DNA from: Piromyces finnis finn
Taxonomy: Eukaryota > Fungi > Neocallimastigomycota
Direction: 5' to 3'
Length of the DNA: 64,000 nucleotides
Assembly: GCA_002104945.1 (NCBI GenBank)
Contig: MCFH01000026.1
Coordinates: 1-64,000 of the forward strand
The notes under the pieces were generated by a model. It was given only the letters and a program-made list of their open reading frames with translations, was not told the DNA's origin and did no database searches. Below, in pieces: positions 49,989 through 64,000 of the stretch. The translations under genes were made by a program, and so were the position numbers. Position 1 is the stretch's first letter; every line of letters starts with the position of its first letter.

Positions 49989-52688
49989 TTTGGATTTATT
50001 AGTTTTTATTATATTGAATTATTTCAACTATTTGTTAAAATTGAAAGAAATTTATCAAAAATTCCTAATATATTTTTTATTATGTTTATATATATAAGTA
50101 ATTACTTATAAAATTATTGATTTTATAATAAAATAAAAAAGGAAATTGTTTCCTATTTATATGAAATTAGATAATAGAATCAATAATCATATATTATTAT
50201 ATATAATATAAATCCAAATCATTTTTCATTTATTTTAATATAAAAAAATTTATTCATCTAGAAGCTACCAATTTTTCTTTACTACTGTTACATTTATCTA
50301 ATAAACAATATATTTAAATTTATTGTATAATATATTAAATATATAAACAATTCATTTGGATATAAGAAAGTAATTTTTATATATAAATTTTAATATTATA
50401 TATTTCAATAAATGATTGAGAGTTACGCATTTAATTTAATATATCAAAAAAGGGAAAATCAATAAATTAAAGTTTGAGACTCATTTATTTTGAATTAGTA
50501 TTGTATTATATGAAACTTTATTTAATATAAAAATTCTGAAATTCTTTAATATAGGAGGTGATGTTTTAATTAATATAATAACCTATTCATTTAAAGAAAA
50601 CACAAAAAAGGAAATACTAAATATTACAGTTTTATATATTGATGGAATATATATTATATAAATTGGAATTTAAACTTTAATTAATAATAAAATCAAATAA
50701 AATTAAAAAAATTTATTTTTAATTAATTGATGTCATACACTATTCGGAAGCGAAGACGTTCCCTTTTCGTCAAAGTTTGGTTTAATAATAATTATATTAT
50801 AATCATGAATGATTTTTTTTTATAATACTATAATAATAGTGGTTTTATTAGTATTATTTGATTATAATTAGTATATTATAAAATCGAAAAAAAACATAAT
50901 TTTAATAATTCAAATAAAAAATTGAAAATAGAGGAATAAAAAGTAAAATAGTTGTATTATTTTAAATCATTTTAATTTTTTAAATTTTTTAAATGGATGC
51001 TCTAAAAATTATCATTAATTCTTTACAGAACTACTATATCATTTCTTGGCATAACACACAATCTATCAGATGTTATTATTAACATTTCGTTTAGTAGTTT
51101 ATATATATAGCTTTCTTTTAGTAATAAAAATGATAGAAAAGAAATAAAAAAAATACCTAATGAAAATTTAATAAAAAAAAAATACTTTTTGAATAGTTTA
51201 TTTATATAATATATATATATATTTTAATGCTAAAGAAATTTTAAAGATAATTTCAAAAAAAAAATTTTTTTTAACAAGAGTAAAAAACATTGGCATTTCT
51301 ATTTTGTATGATTCATTTACTAATTTTCTTCAAGCGATTTTATTAAATATAGCAGTATTTTATTAGTTTAGTTTTATGAATAAAAGCTATTTCATATCAT
51401 TAAAACTTCAATTATATTACTTATTATCCTTTACTTTTATTTTCATATTCTATTATAAATACTTTTGTTAATTCCATTAATATTTATATATTAATTTTAA
51501 ACAGAAAATTCTTATAAAACCTTAAAAATTATTATTTTTTTTTCATAATTAATAATAAAAAAAAATAAAAAATTTCAATAATTAATAAAAAAAATATTTT
51601 TAATTTTGAACCCTAAAAACAATTCTTTTATATTTTATTATGAATATTATCCTTAAAAATGTAAATGATATAAATTACCATTTATATCCCTTTCTCTTAA
51701 TAATTCAAATAATTATAAAAATTACCTTAATTATAATTTTAAAAAACTGCCGTAAAAAGTAAAACTACCTGTAATATTTAAGATTAAAAACGGCTTTTTT
51801 TATATTAATTTTTAATAAATTATTAAAACCTTTATAAATTAATACATTGAAATACATTACAATTACATTAATTCAAATCATGTAGATTTTTGAAAATAAC
51901 CCATGGCAACGATAAAAGGAAAAAGGTAATAATTGTATCTATAAGAATAACTAAAATCATTGTTGGTTGTTTCTTATAATGAATACTATTAATATTTGTT
52001 GAATATAAAATATTTTTATTTGTTTAAAAATAATACAACCATCCTTTAAACTATACTCTATCAAAATTTAAATTATTAATTTTTTAACTAAACTATACTC
52101 TCAAAATTTTAAATTATTAATTTTTTAACAAAGAATAGTAATTTAAATAATATAACGACACCATTTTATCTTATGAATATATATTATATATATTATATAT
52201 TATATATTTTTAAAGATTATTTTTTACTTTATTAAAAGAAGTATTTAATATTATTTTATTTATAAAAAAGAGGAAATAATTTTAATCCCTAACTTAATTT
52301 GATATTTAAATTCTTTTGTTAAATATAAATATATGTATTTTGGGAATTCTTACATAGAAATTTCATATTGTATTTAAATAAAGTTTTGATACTAATTTCT
52401 ATTTTATATTTCTAATAATATCATTAAATAAATAATTCTATTCATTATTAAATTTATTGTATTTTAATAAAGATAGTTACCTTTCGTTTTAGATTCTTAT
52501 AGAATATTAACAGATAAAAAAGTATCATGTAATATAAAGTAGGGAAGAGTGAAATAATCATCTTTTTTTAAAAAATAAAAGTATTATTATGATAAAAAAA
52601 AAATGCTAATAAAAAATTTTAATTAAAAAAAGTTTCCTTATATAGTAATAAGCAATTATATATTAAAATAAAATATATTAATAATAAA

Positions 52689-54350
52689 ATGAATAGTAAT
52701 GTGAAAGGCAGTCATTCCTTGCTATTAAAAATTATTAAAATACCACATTTTGTTGTAGTGTTATTATTTTATTTTTTATTATTTAATCCAAATTTTATAT
52801 TTTTTTCTTCTCACACTTCAAATTCAGAATATAATTTAAAATATAATTACAGTATTACAAACAGTAGTTATAGCATTTACAATCATTTATTTAATAAGAA
52901 ATCAATATTACAAGAATATATTAAATTTTATAAAAAAAATTTAAATGACCCGTTATATGACAAAAACTTTTCAAATCATTTTTTTAATTTAAAAAAAACC
53001 CTACTTTTAAATCATTCCCAAATAAATATTAATGATATAGCTAATCATTATTTACCATTATACAATCCATTACAAAGTATTGAAATTTTACATCAACTAT
53101 TTAAGAATTATACAGTAAATTTCAATTGTAAAAAAACTTGTAAATTCCAAAATCCTGTTGATATAAATAATATTATTTATACACAAAGTAAAAATAAAAC
53201 TATTCTTAAAACAAACGCTGAATATATTTATCACGATAAGGAATTTCAGGAAATTAGTAAAAAACGGTCGGGATTGGAAGAATATTACAATTCAATTTAT
53301 CGTATAAATTTAGAAAATCTATTTAGAAATTATTCAATAAATAACATTTATACTATATTAAAAGAAGAACTTAGCAACTGTGTATATTGTTGTTGTTGCT
53401 ATTCAAATATCAGTAATAAAAATATTTTAAATAATAATAAATATCAATTTGAATTTATTCCTTGTTATTCCTTTTATAAAGTTTTACAAAACGAGCTTGA
53501 AGATATTGTAGTAAAACTTTATATTGAACTTTTAACCAAAGACAACTTTAAAAATTATAAAATATATTCTATTTATAGCACATTAAATTTAGATACTGAA
53601 AATCAAAAAAGATTTTATAAAAGTAATTTTGATAGTCAATCCTTTATTGTATTCTTACTAGATTATATTTCAAAAATAGAATCAAATCATAATTTATATC
53701 AAAAAATTCTATCTAGTATTAAAATTTATAATTCCCATTTTTTGACCTTTATAAATTCAATTTCTAATATTGATATAATAAATAATATTTTAACCTTCTT
53801 AAACTTTGATACATCATTACCAAAAGAGAGAATGTCGGATAAACAATATATTAGTAATTATCAAAAAAATACAATATATGTTTAATATTAATATATAATT
53901 ATTAAAATCAATTTTAGAAAAAATATAAAATTTATTTATAAAAATTTAAACGTAAATATATATATTTATGATGAATAGATGAATATGCTGTTCAAGTTAC
54001 CTCTGGTGTAAATGCAAAAGAATTAGCTGAAAAACTTGGTTTAAGCTTTGGAGTAAGCATCCATAAATAAATGAATAATAATAATAATACAAAAGTATAT
54101 ATACTTAGTAATATATAATAATAAATAATATATATATATATCATTTGTATATTTTAAAATAAAATTTTAATACATACGAAAGGGTCAAATTGGTGAATTA
54201 GAAGGTTATTATCTTTTTAAAGTCATTAATCAGAATGTAAATGATGAAAAATTATATAAAAATATTGAATCCAAATTGAGTAAAGAAAAGAATATAGAGT
54301 GGTATGAACGTCAATATTTAAAATCTTTCCAAAAAAGAAGTGTTTTTTAA
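52689..54350 (+). CDS. Membrane-anchored protein ending in a kexin/furin-type S8 prodomain, with no protease domain
   Basis: Exons 53979-54052 and 54183-54350 give EYAVQV..G..AKELAEKLGLSFG|GQIGELEGYYLF...IEWYERQYLKSFQKRSVF*. Joining these to the long upstream exon (donor 53854) is inferred. Confidence 0.65.
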
Positions 54351-54664
54351 GGAAAAAAATTATCTTAAACAAATATTATTATGTTATAACAAATGAATAC
54401 TATCATGAAGATAGTTCTAAAACACTAATTTATTATTATTTTCAATAAAATTGTAAAATATAAATATCATCGTGTATATAAATAAAATAAAGATAAAAAA
54501 TTAAATAGATTAAATTAATTTTTATTAAAAGAGATTCGTGATATGGGGTTTTAAATTAATATGATTAATAATTTATATATATATGTTTGTTATTTTTATA
54601 ACAAATAAATTGATTCAAAAATTTTTATAATTCATTAATTGCATATGAATGGAATATCGTTAAC

Positions 54665-57600
54665 CTATTCATATCTAATACGTATTTTGAGACATTCTTC
54701 AATTTTATCATTGTCATCATTGATAAAAACTAACAAGTCTTCAACAAGCTGTTTGACGTTACATGGGCTAAACTGTAGTCCAATGTATTGTGTTTCACCG
54801 CCATTTAATTCTAAAACGGATTCCTTGAATTTAAGACGACTTTCTTTATTCGTTTTAAGATAGAATAGTCTTGGATGTTGATATGGATTAGTATAGGTTA
54901 CTCGCTTTGTTTTTAAATTACAGATCATAATATTAATTTTATTATTTTTAGAGAGTATAAAATAATTATATTAAATTAGTTTTATTAACAAAGTATTAAA
55001 ACATATAATGGATTTATTTTCTTAAAATTTATATTGCTAATTTTTACCTTATTAACAAAACGACCACAGGGTAATGTAATTTCAAATGATTTTGTTATAT
55101 TTGGAGGTGAATTATGACTTATTACTGACCATGTACTAATTAACTTTTTATTTTGAACATCTATTTTTTATTATATATAAATATTAAAAATAATGTTTGT
55201 TATGGTGTCACTTTAAAATGTATAAATATATTTTAAATTTAAATTCATTTATTACTTACCAACAATGTTTAATAAAGTTTCATTTAATCCTAAATATTTT
55301 GGTTTAACATTAATATTGATTTCTGATAAAGCATTGGCTGGCATAATAAATGGTGTAAATGGATTAACCTAGAAGTAAAAGCAAATGAAAAAAAAAAAAA
55401 AAAAAAAAAGATTAATATAATAATTAAAAAAAATAATATATTACACTAATTTTAATTTCTATATAAATTTTACCATTAATTCATCACACTTATTACTGAA
55501 ACATTGCATAGCAGTTGGTGTAGATAAACCTTTTAATATTAAATTGGTTGTATTCGTTTGTCCCAATATACAATTAATATCAATTCTAATAAACAATAAA
55601 AGAAAAATTAAGTATATTTTTTTTTGTATTAAATTTTCAACTCTAACTTAATATGATAAATAACCTTTGAACATGATGTACAAATATTCTCCAAATTTCA
55701 TTTAAAGATATCATGTATGGATCATCATAGAAAAATAAATAAAATACTCTTTCATTAGGTGAATTCATACTTTTATATTTAAAAGAAACTTCCTTTGTAT
55801 AGGCCTAAGATTAATTTTAATTTAATATATTTAATTAATAATATAATAAAATGGGGTTTTTTTTTTTATTATTGAAATGTTAATTAACTCACATTAATAT
55901 TTGATATAGAACTAGCAACTTCATCAAGATTTGAGCATACATACTTTTCATTACTATTATTTGATATGTTCGATTCTCCCTTTGATTTTGAATACTTTTT
56001 CTTTTGAGAAGTACTATTCGTACGATTATGATTAGATGTCTTATTGTTATTTTTTAAAAATCCTTCTACTATATTAGATGAAGGACTACTATTAACATTA
56101 AAACGAATGGTTTTTCTTAATATTTCATTTTCTGTTTTATTAAATCTAAAACTACGATCAACAATATATCCTTGTGGGCATACAACAACATCTAAAATGG
56201 ATACAGGTTTTCCATTATTATTTAAAAACATAATCTAAAAAATTAAATAATATGATATTAATAAATAAAAAATTTAAACTCTTTTATATCTTGAAAATAT
56301 ATATATATATATATATATTTTAAAAATTGGGAAATTTTTTCAATTACATTAATTGTTTTCGATATAAATGCTTGACTATTATCATTTAAGTTATAACTTG
56401 ATGAATCAATAAGAGTTCCTTTCTTTATTTCAATTGGGTTTTGATAGGAATAAATAGCAGTTGAGACGGCTGGATCTACTCTTCCTTCCTTTTCAGATCC
56501 AGTAATTTCAAAACTTTGGAATGCAAATGGGATAGTAACTGTTTCATTACCAAACATAAATAATTCTATAGTACCATCAGGTTGTCTTATATTAATTAAA
56601 CGATCGTCCACGGCACCTGTATGAATATTATACATTTTTCGTAAAAGTCGCCATTCTACTATTTCAGAAATAACTCTATAATATATAAAAAGGTATTCCA
56701 CATAAAATAATTATTTTTAATTATACATATAATATATATAATAAATGAAATATAAAAAAATAAAAAACATTAAAATTTAATTTCAATAATCATAAAAAAA
56801 AAATTAGTAGTATTAATACCTCATATTTGCGTCATCAAATTCTATCTGGAATACATGATCATTTGGATATGGATTAGTAAACATATATTCAAAAAAGTAT
56901 ACTCTTCCTAAGGAAGGATAAATTGTATAGACTGTAGTAATTTGTTTTTCTAACCAATTATTAATATAAGAATGTTTTTTTCGTTCCCTAAAGATTTGAA
57001 TAGTATTTAAATCTTGTTGTTTTTCCTTTCTTGAATTTTGATAAAGATTTGGTCTATTTTTACTGGCAAATGATTGTTTATTCGACCACTCTTTCACTAT
57101 TTTTAATTTATAATTTTTATCATTGTTATCATCATTTTGTTGGGCTTTCTTTTTATTTAATCTCTCATTTTCTGCATCAATTAAAAAGTCATTCAATTCA
57201 TTATCTTTATCTCTTAACTTTTTTTTTTTTTTTAGATTTTTATGTATATACAAATATATATATTTAATATTTTAAAATTATTCATATATAATAAAATATA
57301 TAATAATATCATTATTAGTACTTTATAAATATTCTTTTTTATAATATATATAACTAAAATCTATTTTTTTAGTAATTGTCATTATTAATATAATATATAC
57401 CAATTGAACATTTTCTATATAATCTGAATGCCTATTTTTTAAATTAGTTCTGAAATCATAAACAATATGAGAATGCCTATTATCTGAATTTGACATAAAT
57501 TGTGGTTCATTAGATGGTGGTTTTCTACCAATATTTGTAAGTCTAAGATATAATTTTCCTAAAATTTTAACAACGGGACTTTGATATTTATATTCTTCAT

Positions 57601-59481
57601 TTAAATTAAAATCTTTAGTTGAAAATCTTGCATTATCTTCTTCAGGATACTAAGTAGGATTTTTAAAAATCATAATAATTAATAAAATTTAAAAAATTAA
57701 TATATATATCTATTTTATAGAAAGATGAATATTGCTTAAATAGATAAAGTAATATCCCATTTTATCACATTTTTATTATACCTCGGTAAATATAATATCA
57801 ATTTCTTCCGTTATTGAAACTGATGGTTTTCCTTGCCTAAGAATTAATCTAAGTGGTATACTGGCAGATCCTATATAATGCATAGATTCTCCATCCCAAA
57901 TATCAATGGTTAAATTTTTATTATATAAATAATGATGAATAGCAGCTATATTTTTAGGGAGAACTGGTGACATTATACCATCGTCATTATTTGGATTAAT
58001 AAGATAATTGACACTATAACCAGGTTCGGATGAATCTATATATATAAATTAAAAAAAAAAACATGTAAAAAAAAAAATTAAAAAAAAAAAAAAAAAAATA
58101 GAATGAAAATTTACAATTTGGTTGTCCATTATCATTATATTGATAGAGAATTCCAGGAAAGATAGGACTATCTTGATTATCTGAAGCAACACCAACCATA
58201 CCACCATCAAATTGAGATCTTGTTGATTTAAAAGAATTTTGAGACCAGTTTCTTGTTCTATGCCTTGGTACAGAAGAACTACGACGGTGACTAATATCTT
58301 GATGTGGAATTTGTCCAGTATATAATTCTAACTTTTTGGTATACATGTATGGGAAAGTATAGAATTGAAATCCGAAATATAATGATTTTGGATAGGTATC
58401 TATAATTTGTTATTATAAATTTTTAAATTTAATATTCTATTTTATTTTCTATCATATATATATGTTTAAAAATAGAGATCATTTTATTTTTATTTATTTA
58501 CTATACCTGTTATTCCAAACAAAGGTTGATAAAAGGTTACTCCCATAAGTGTAATCCATATATCATTAAAACGTAAAAGACTAGATTCTTCTAAATCTAA
58601 TGAAATATTTGAAAATAAATCGACATAATTTGAATTTTCTTCATTTAGTACATTTCCAACTTGAACTGGTTTTTTACCCTTTTCATCTAAAATAGGTGAA
58701 AATCCTGCGATAATTAATCTTGCTTTTTCAGCTCTCGTTGTATTATTTGAAAGTGGAATAGCTTGTGGATTATTTATTTCAGTATCTTCGTTTGGAATCG
58801 TAGAAGTTGATATATGTCTATCAATGACAGGTGTTTCTGAATAACTAACTGGTGGATAAATGTTTGAATTAGAATTGGTAGAGATTGACATATTATCTGA
58901 TTCATTTTGAGGTAAAGTACTAACACTAAAATCATTATATTTATTTGAAGTTTTTGAATAACTTTTCCTTTTTGAATTTAAAGATATTGTAGATGTCGTT
59001 TTTTGGGTATCCATTTTTTTGTCAAATTCATTAGTTGAATTGGTTATATTACTATTACTTCTTGTTGGATCATTTGATATACCTTATATAGATAGGTAGA
59101 AATATTAATTTTTAATATTATATTTTATTTTATTATATACATAATAAAAGTTTTTTTTTAACATTTATTTTATATAATTTATAATAGTAATTATATATAT
59201 AAAAATTCTTTTGTTTTATATTACCACTTTCTTTCTTTTTAATAGAAGAATATGATATTAAATTATTATTAACATTGAAACTTATATTTATTAAGTAATC
59301 TGTAGGTGATATTTGATTAGAATTATCGTTATTTTTTCTATCTGGAAATATATCGTTAATATCAGATTGATAGATTAAGGATGAAAATGGATTCATTCCA
59401 TTATTTGAATACATTACAATATTGTTTTCTTCTATTATAATTAATTTTTTTTTAAAGTTAATAAATTATTTTGTTTATTTC

Positions 59482-59519
<38 letters not shown>

Positions 59520-60951
59520 TCAAATTATTTTTTTTTTAATAAAATTATTTTTTATTTACCATTTAAATTTTGGAATAATGGCTGTTTCCATATACCCCAT
59601 CCAATAATAACACTTTTTTCATATTGACTACTATCTGTTAACTTTTTTGGTGAAAGTGAAGCTTTGGAAAGTTTTCCATTACTTACTTTTTTTGTTTTAT
59701 CAACTTCTTTTGCATTATAAAGTAATCTATATTCTACCATAAAAATAATAGCTATTCCAGGATCTGAAAAGCAATATTTATCTAAAGATATATTACCATT
59801 AAAGTATAATTCAGATGTTTCATCTTTTCGTTGAGTTGTGTTTGGGAAAACATTAGTAATAGTTGGCATTGATAAAAAGGTATAACCATTATGAACTCCA
59901 ATATGAATACGTCTTTCATTAATTGTTGGATAACTAATTATCATATCTTCATTTAATAAAAAATTATTTGACAAAGACTTATAGACTCTTTTTAAGAATA
60001 TAGATTCCCATTTTGCAAGTTTTATAGGTGTTTTTATTTTTATCTATTTAATATAATTAATAATATTTTTTTTTGAAATTAATTTTTTTTATTTTTTTTA
60101 AAAAACATTCTTTTTTTTTTTTTCTTATTTGATTTTCAAATGGATGTTACAATTCAATATATTATATTTTACTTACATTAGAAAATATTAACTGATCAAA
60201 TTTCTTTTTCCGTATTACATTATTATTCGATATTGATACACCAGGTAAAGAATCAAATGATGAAATAAATACATTTTCTTTCCACATGTTACAACAATTC
60301 AATAAATTGAAATGAACTTCTAACGAACATTCTACATATTGATTAGGATACATAGGTGTGAACTTTTCTATATTTCTTGTACCAAACATTGAAGATATAA
60401 AAAGAAGTATTCTTGGTGAACCTTTATAAACATTTAAACTTTTCAATTTTTTTTTTAAATAAAAAAAAATATAGGATAGAATTAATAATTTTGACTTTAT
60501 AATTATTTGTAATATTTATTAATAATTTTTTTTATTATAATATAAAATAATTAATTATATAAACCTAAATTTTGATTTTGATTTTTTCCCTCTAGCAATT
60601 CTATCTTTATCTACACCAATATTTTCATTAAAAACATTATCATTATATATTGGGAAAAAAGTCCATCCTAATGAAATCATGAAATTTTCTGATGTTTTTA
60701 AATTTTTAACTTGATTAAAAATAGAGTAAAAAAAAAAAATTATTTAATACTAAAGTTTTTTTTTCTTTCTTCAATGATATCATGTATATAATTATATAAT
60801 TATGGTATATTATGAGTATTATAGTATTATATATACCTAGAAGAATAAATTCTAGTACAATAATTATACTTGATGATATAATAGAGGTATGGAAAAATAA
60901 GTTCTGTTGTGGAAAATAATTAAAACGTTATAATAAAAAAGAGATAAATTC

Positions 60952-61008
<57 letters not shown>

Positions 61009-61697
61009 TGGATATTAATTGAATTTAATGCCTTTTTTTTTAAAATTGAGATAGTTACTTTTTTATCTATAATATTAAATGTGCGATCTTTAATAAGAGC
61101 ATGTTCAGCATCACCCATATTGGATTTATCACTTGCTTCTGAAAAAGATGATCTTGATGAAGAAAAACTTGAATCATAATCACTTGAATAATCACTTTCA
61201 CTTCCTGAATATGACCTACTATATGATTCCGATCCACTTATTGGACTACTTGATCTACTAGAACTATTAGAGGAATAATCAGAACGACTTTCATTATCAT
61301 TATAATTTTTTTTACTATTACTATCACTATCCTCATGTATGTCTTCATTACTTTTTCTTTTATGACCTTTACTTCTTCTCCTATTATCTTTATAATTAGG
61401 TTTATTTATATTTAAATTAATACTAAATCTTGAATCAATATTTTTCCATGTTTGACCAAAAAATGTAGATGTCTTTGTATCAAAAAGTGACGCTCTATAC
61501 TCAAAAAAAAATTCGTAATCAGGTGAATATAGTATATTATCATTGACATAATTTGGTATATGTAATGATTTTATTGAATATATAGAAAACAAAAATGGTG
61601 TTGTTGGAAATTGGAAATCTTCACTTTTTTCCCTAGTTAAACTACTTGTTGCAGGGACAGATGTATTTTTAATATTAAATAATGATTTCCAATACAT
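54665..61697 (-). CDS. NPHP4: Nephrocystin-4 (ciliary transition zone), multi-exon
   Basis: N-terminal W..LF..N..VP...FEYRASLFDTKTSTFFGQTWK; IHIGVHNGYTF; IIFMVEY; IDIWDGESMHYIGSA; C-terminal LKFKESVLELNGGETQYIGLQF...LVFINDDNDKIEECLKIRIRYE*. Confidence 0.9.
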
Positions 61698-62400
61698 TTT
61701 AATCTTTATCTAAATAGTTTTTTTTTTTTCTACTAAATTTATCTATATATATTTAATATGTTATATTTGGTATGTTATATTTGATATGTATAAAAAAATA
61801 ATAATTATATTGTTCATCTAGATGTATTTAATTTTAAATATTTATGAAAAAATACTAACATATAAAACCTCATATAGTAATGGTATATAAGTTAGTGTAA
61901 AAATAAAATAATAATTGTAATAAAAAAAAAGAAAAAAAAAAAAAAAAAACTATATGAAAACTTTAATAGTATAATTTAAACCAAATTACAAATGACATTA
62001 ATTTTTTAATAATAATTTTAATTAAAATTTTATTAATTTTTCAAATTCTTCTAATTATTAATTTTAATTATATATAAAAAAAAAGATACCAAAAAAAATT
62101 GTTTTTTACTTTTTTTTTTTGATTCAAATTATTTCGGAGTTTGGTAGTTGTAATTATATGTAAAAGCGGATAATCTGTTAAAACGTTATATTATTACTGA
62201 AATAAAATTATAATTTTTGTGTATATAATTTTATTACATACAAATTATTATTTTTAATTAAATTTTAATTAACTATAATATTTTTTTTATTTTAAATTCT
62301 AAACTTTTATAAAAGAAGAGTTTTTTTTTTTTTATAATTTTGAAAAATAATATATAAAATAGTAAAAATAAAAATAGGAAAACTTTTATAATAGGCATTA

Positions 62401-64000
62401 ATGTTAGAAATGTCGAGTGCAATGAATGTTAATGATTCATTAAATGATATTGATGATGATGATATTAATAATGAAATTTACAATACAAATGAAAATAATA
62501 AAGAACAAAGTATATATGTATATTAGACAAAGATATAAAATGAAATATAACGTATTAACGACGATATAATACTTAATAATAAAAATATTTTTAATGTATA
62601 TATAGGAGAATCAAATGTACCATTAACTACAGGTAATCTTATTCCAAGATTTATAAGAAAGTAATATTTCTATTAATATTTTCTTTTTTTTTTTTTTTAA
62701 ATTAAAATATAATAAAATAATATTAATATTTCTTTCCATATAACATTATTTTTGGAATATTAATACTAAGTTGATATATATATATAAATAATTTTTATAT
62801 ATTTTATTTAAAATAAAGTGAACCTGCATCAGCATTAGCCATTGCTTTTTCACAAAATGATGAATTTATTGCAGTTGCATTAGCTAATAGTGTTATTAAG
62901 GTAGTTGAAAAATCTTATTATAATAATATTACATATTGCAACATTTACATATGTATTAATTTATTATACATTAAAACTAATAAAATTATATATATATTTA
63001 TAATTTATAAATAAAAAAATAAAAAAGGTTTATGAATCTTCGACAGGGGCATTAGTTTCATCTCTTGGTTATCCAAAAACAAATAATGAAGGTTATAGTG
63101 TTCCATGTACATCATTATCATTTAGAAATGTTGATGGATCAGGGAAAAGAGCAAAAAATGTGTTAATTGCAGGATGTAAATAATTTTATTTAGTTACCCT
63201 ATAATATATATTAATATAATTTCAAAAGTATAATAAATTTAACCTTTAACAATTATTTTGTACAATACTATTATATTATATGATTTACTTTAAATTTCAT
63301 TGAAAATTATTATTAATTAATAATAATAAAAAAAAAAGATGCAAGTGGTGCAACTATTCATTGGCATGTTACTTCTGGTCAAGCACTTCAAATGAATATT
63401 GAACGAAACAATCAAATTCATTGCGTATCTTATAATAAACATGGAAGAATGTATTGTACTGCTGGAAGTGATTTTCATGTTAGAGTATATGATGCAACAA
63501 CAACTAATCTTCTTTATGATATGTTTGCAGGGTAAATTTAATAATATTTACAGTGCCATTATTAATTTAATAAAAATTAAATTGTTTCAACAAAAAATAA
63601 TTTAATGGATAAATTATATATATTTAATATAAATATGAAAATATATTTGTTTAATTACCTATATATGACAATGATTAAATGAATTTATAATTATAATTAT
63701 ATATATATATATTTATGGATGTAAAAATTATATATACAGTAAAGATGGATATACATCAGGACATTCAAATAAGATTTTTTCTGTAAAGTTTCATTCAAAA
63801 GATCCAAATATTTTATTATCTGGTGGATGGGATAATACTATTCAAGTAATTTATTATCTTTTATTTAATTTTTTTTTAATCGATCCTAACCCTAATATAA
63901 ATATGAATCTAGATTTGGGATTGTAGATTAAAATACTCAATAAGAAGTATATATGGTCCACATATTTGTGGTGATTCATTAGATATAAATAATGAAGGAG
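62401..64000 (+). CDS. WD40-repeat protein, multi-exon, truncated by the window end
   Basis: TAGSDFHVRVYD, GHSNKIFSVKFHSKDPNILLSGGWDNTIQ|IWD, IYGPHICGDSLD. Start codon is uncertain. Confidence 0.85.

Noticed and set aside
50745-50780. Small GC-richer island in intergenic DNA
   Set aside because: Too short, with no recognisable RNA structure or repeat partner in the window.
51895-51910. RFX X-box-like CCATGGCAAC
   Set aside because: Only one half-site matches, and it is not upstream of the ciliary genes.
63885-63895. cctaaccctaa telomere-like motif
   Set aside because: Fewer than two units, inside an intron, and expected by chance.

Overview
Very AT-rich, intron-containing eukaryotic DNA. 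The gene content (chitin synthase, flagellar/basal-body genes, intronless bacterial-type GH5 cellulase) points to an anaerobic gut fungus (Neocallimastigomycota; inference). Bases 1-~14 kb are a head-to-tail array of three young copies of a single-ORF APE+RT+CCHC non-LTR retrotransposon. Each poly(A) tail joins, within 2 nt of the same site, a variable-number array of hairpin-forming 89/124-bp monomers at the 5' end of the next copy. The third copy has an internal microhomology deletion and merges into an old relic of the same family; more relics lie at ~15.4, 18.4 and 25.1 kb. Next come a (TACTAA)n tract, a GH5 endoglucanase, an ankyrin-repeat gene bracketed by ~100-bp direct repeats and an M13 peptidase pseudogene. 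The remainder is a spliced-gene region: a degenerate coproporphyrinogen III oxidase-like gene with a presequence and TM segment, a Gdown1/POLR2M-like gene, a small VIM-motif gene, chitin synthase, a 97-bp poly(A) retro-insert with a 14-bp TSD, DNALI1, CEP120, EMC3, a small GPI-type protein, a kexin-prodomain-only protein, NPHP4 and a WD40 gene cut by the window end. All calls were made by eye from motifs; no database searches or folding programs were run.
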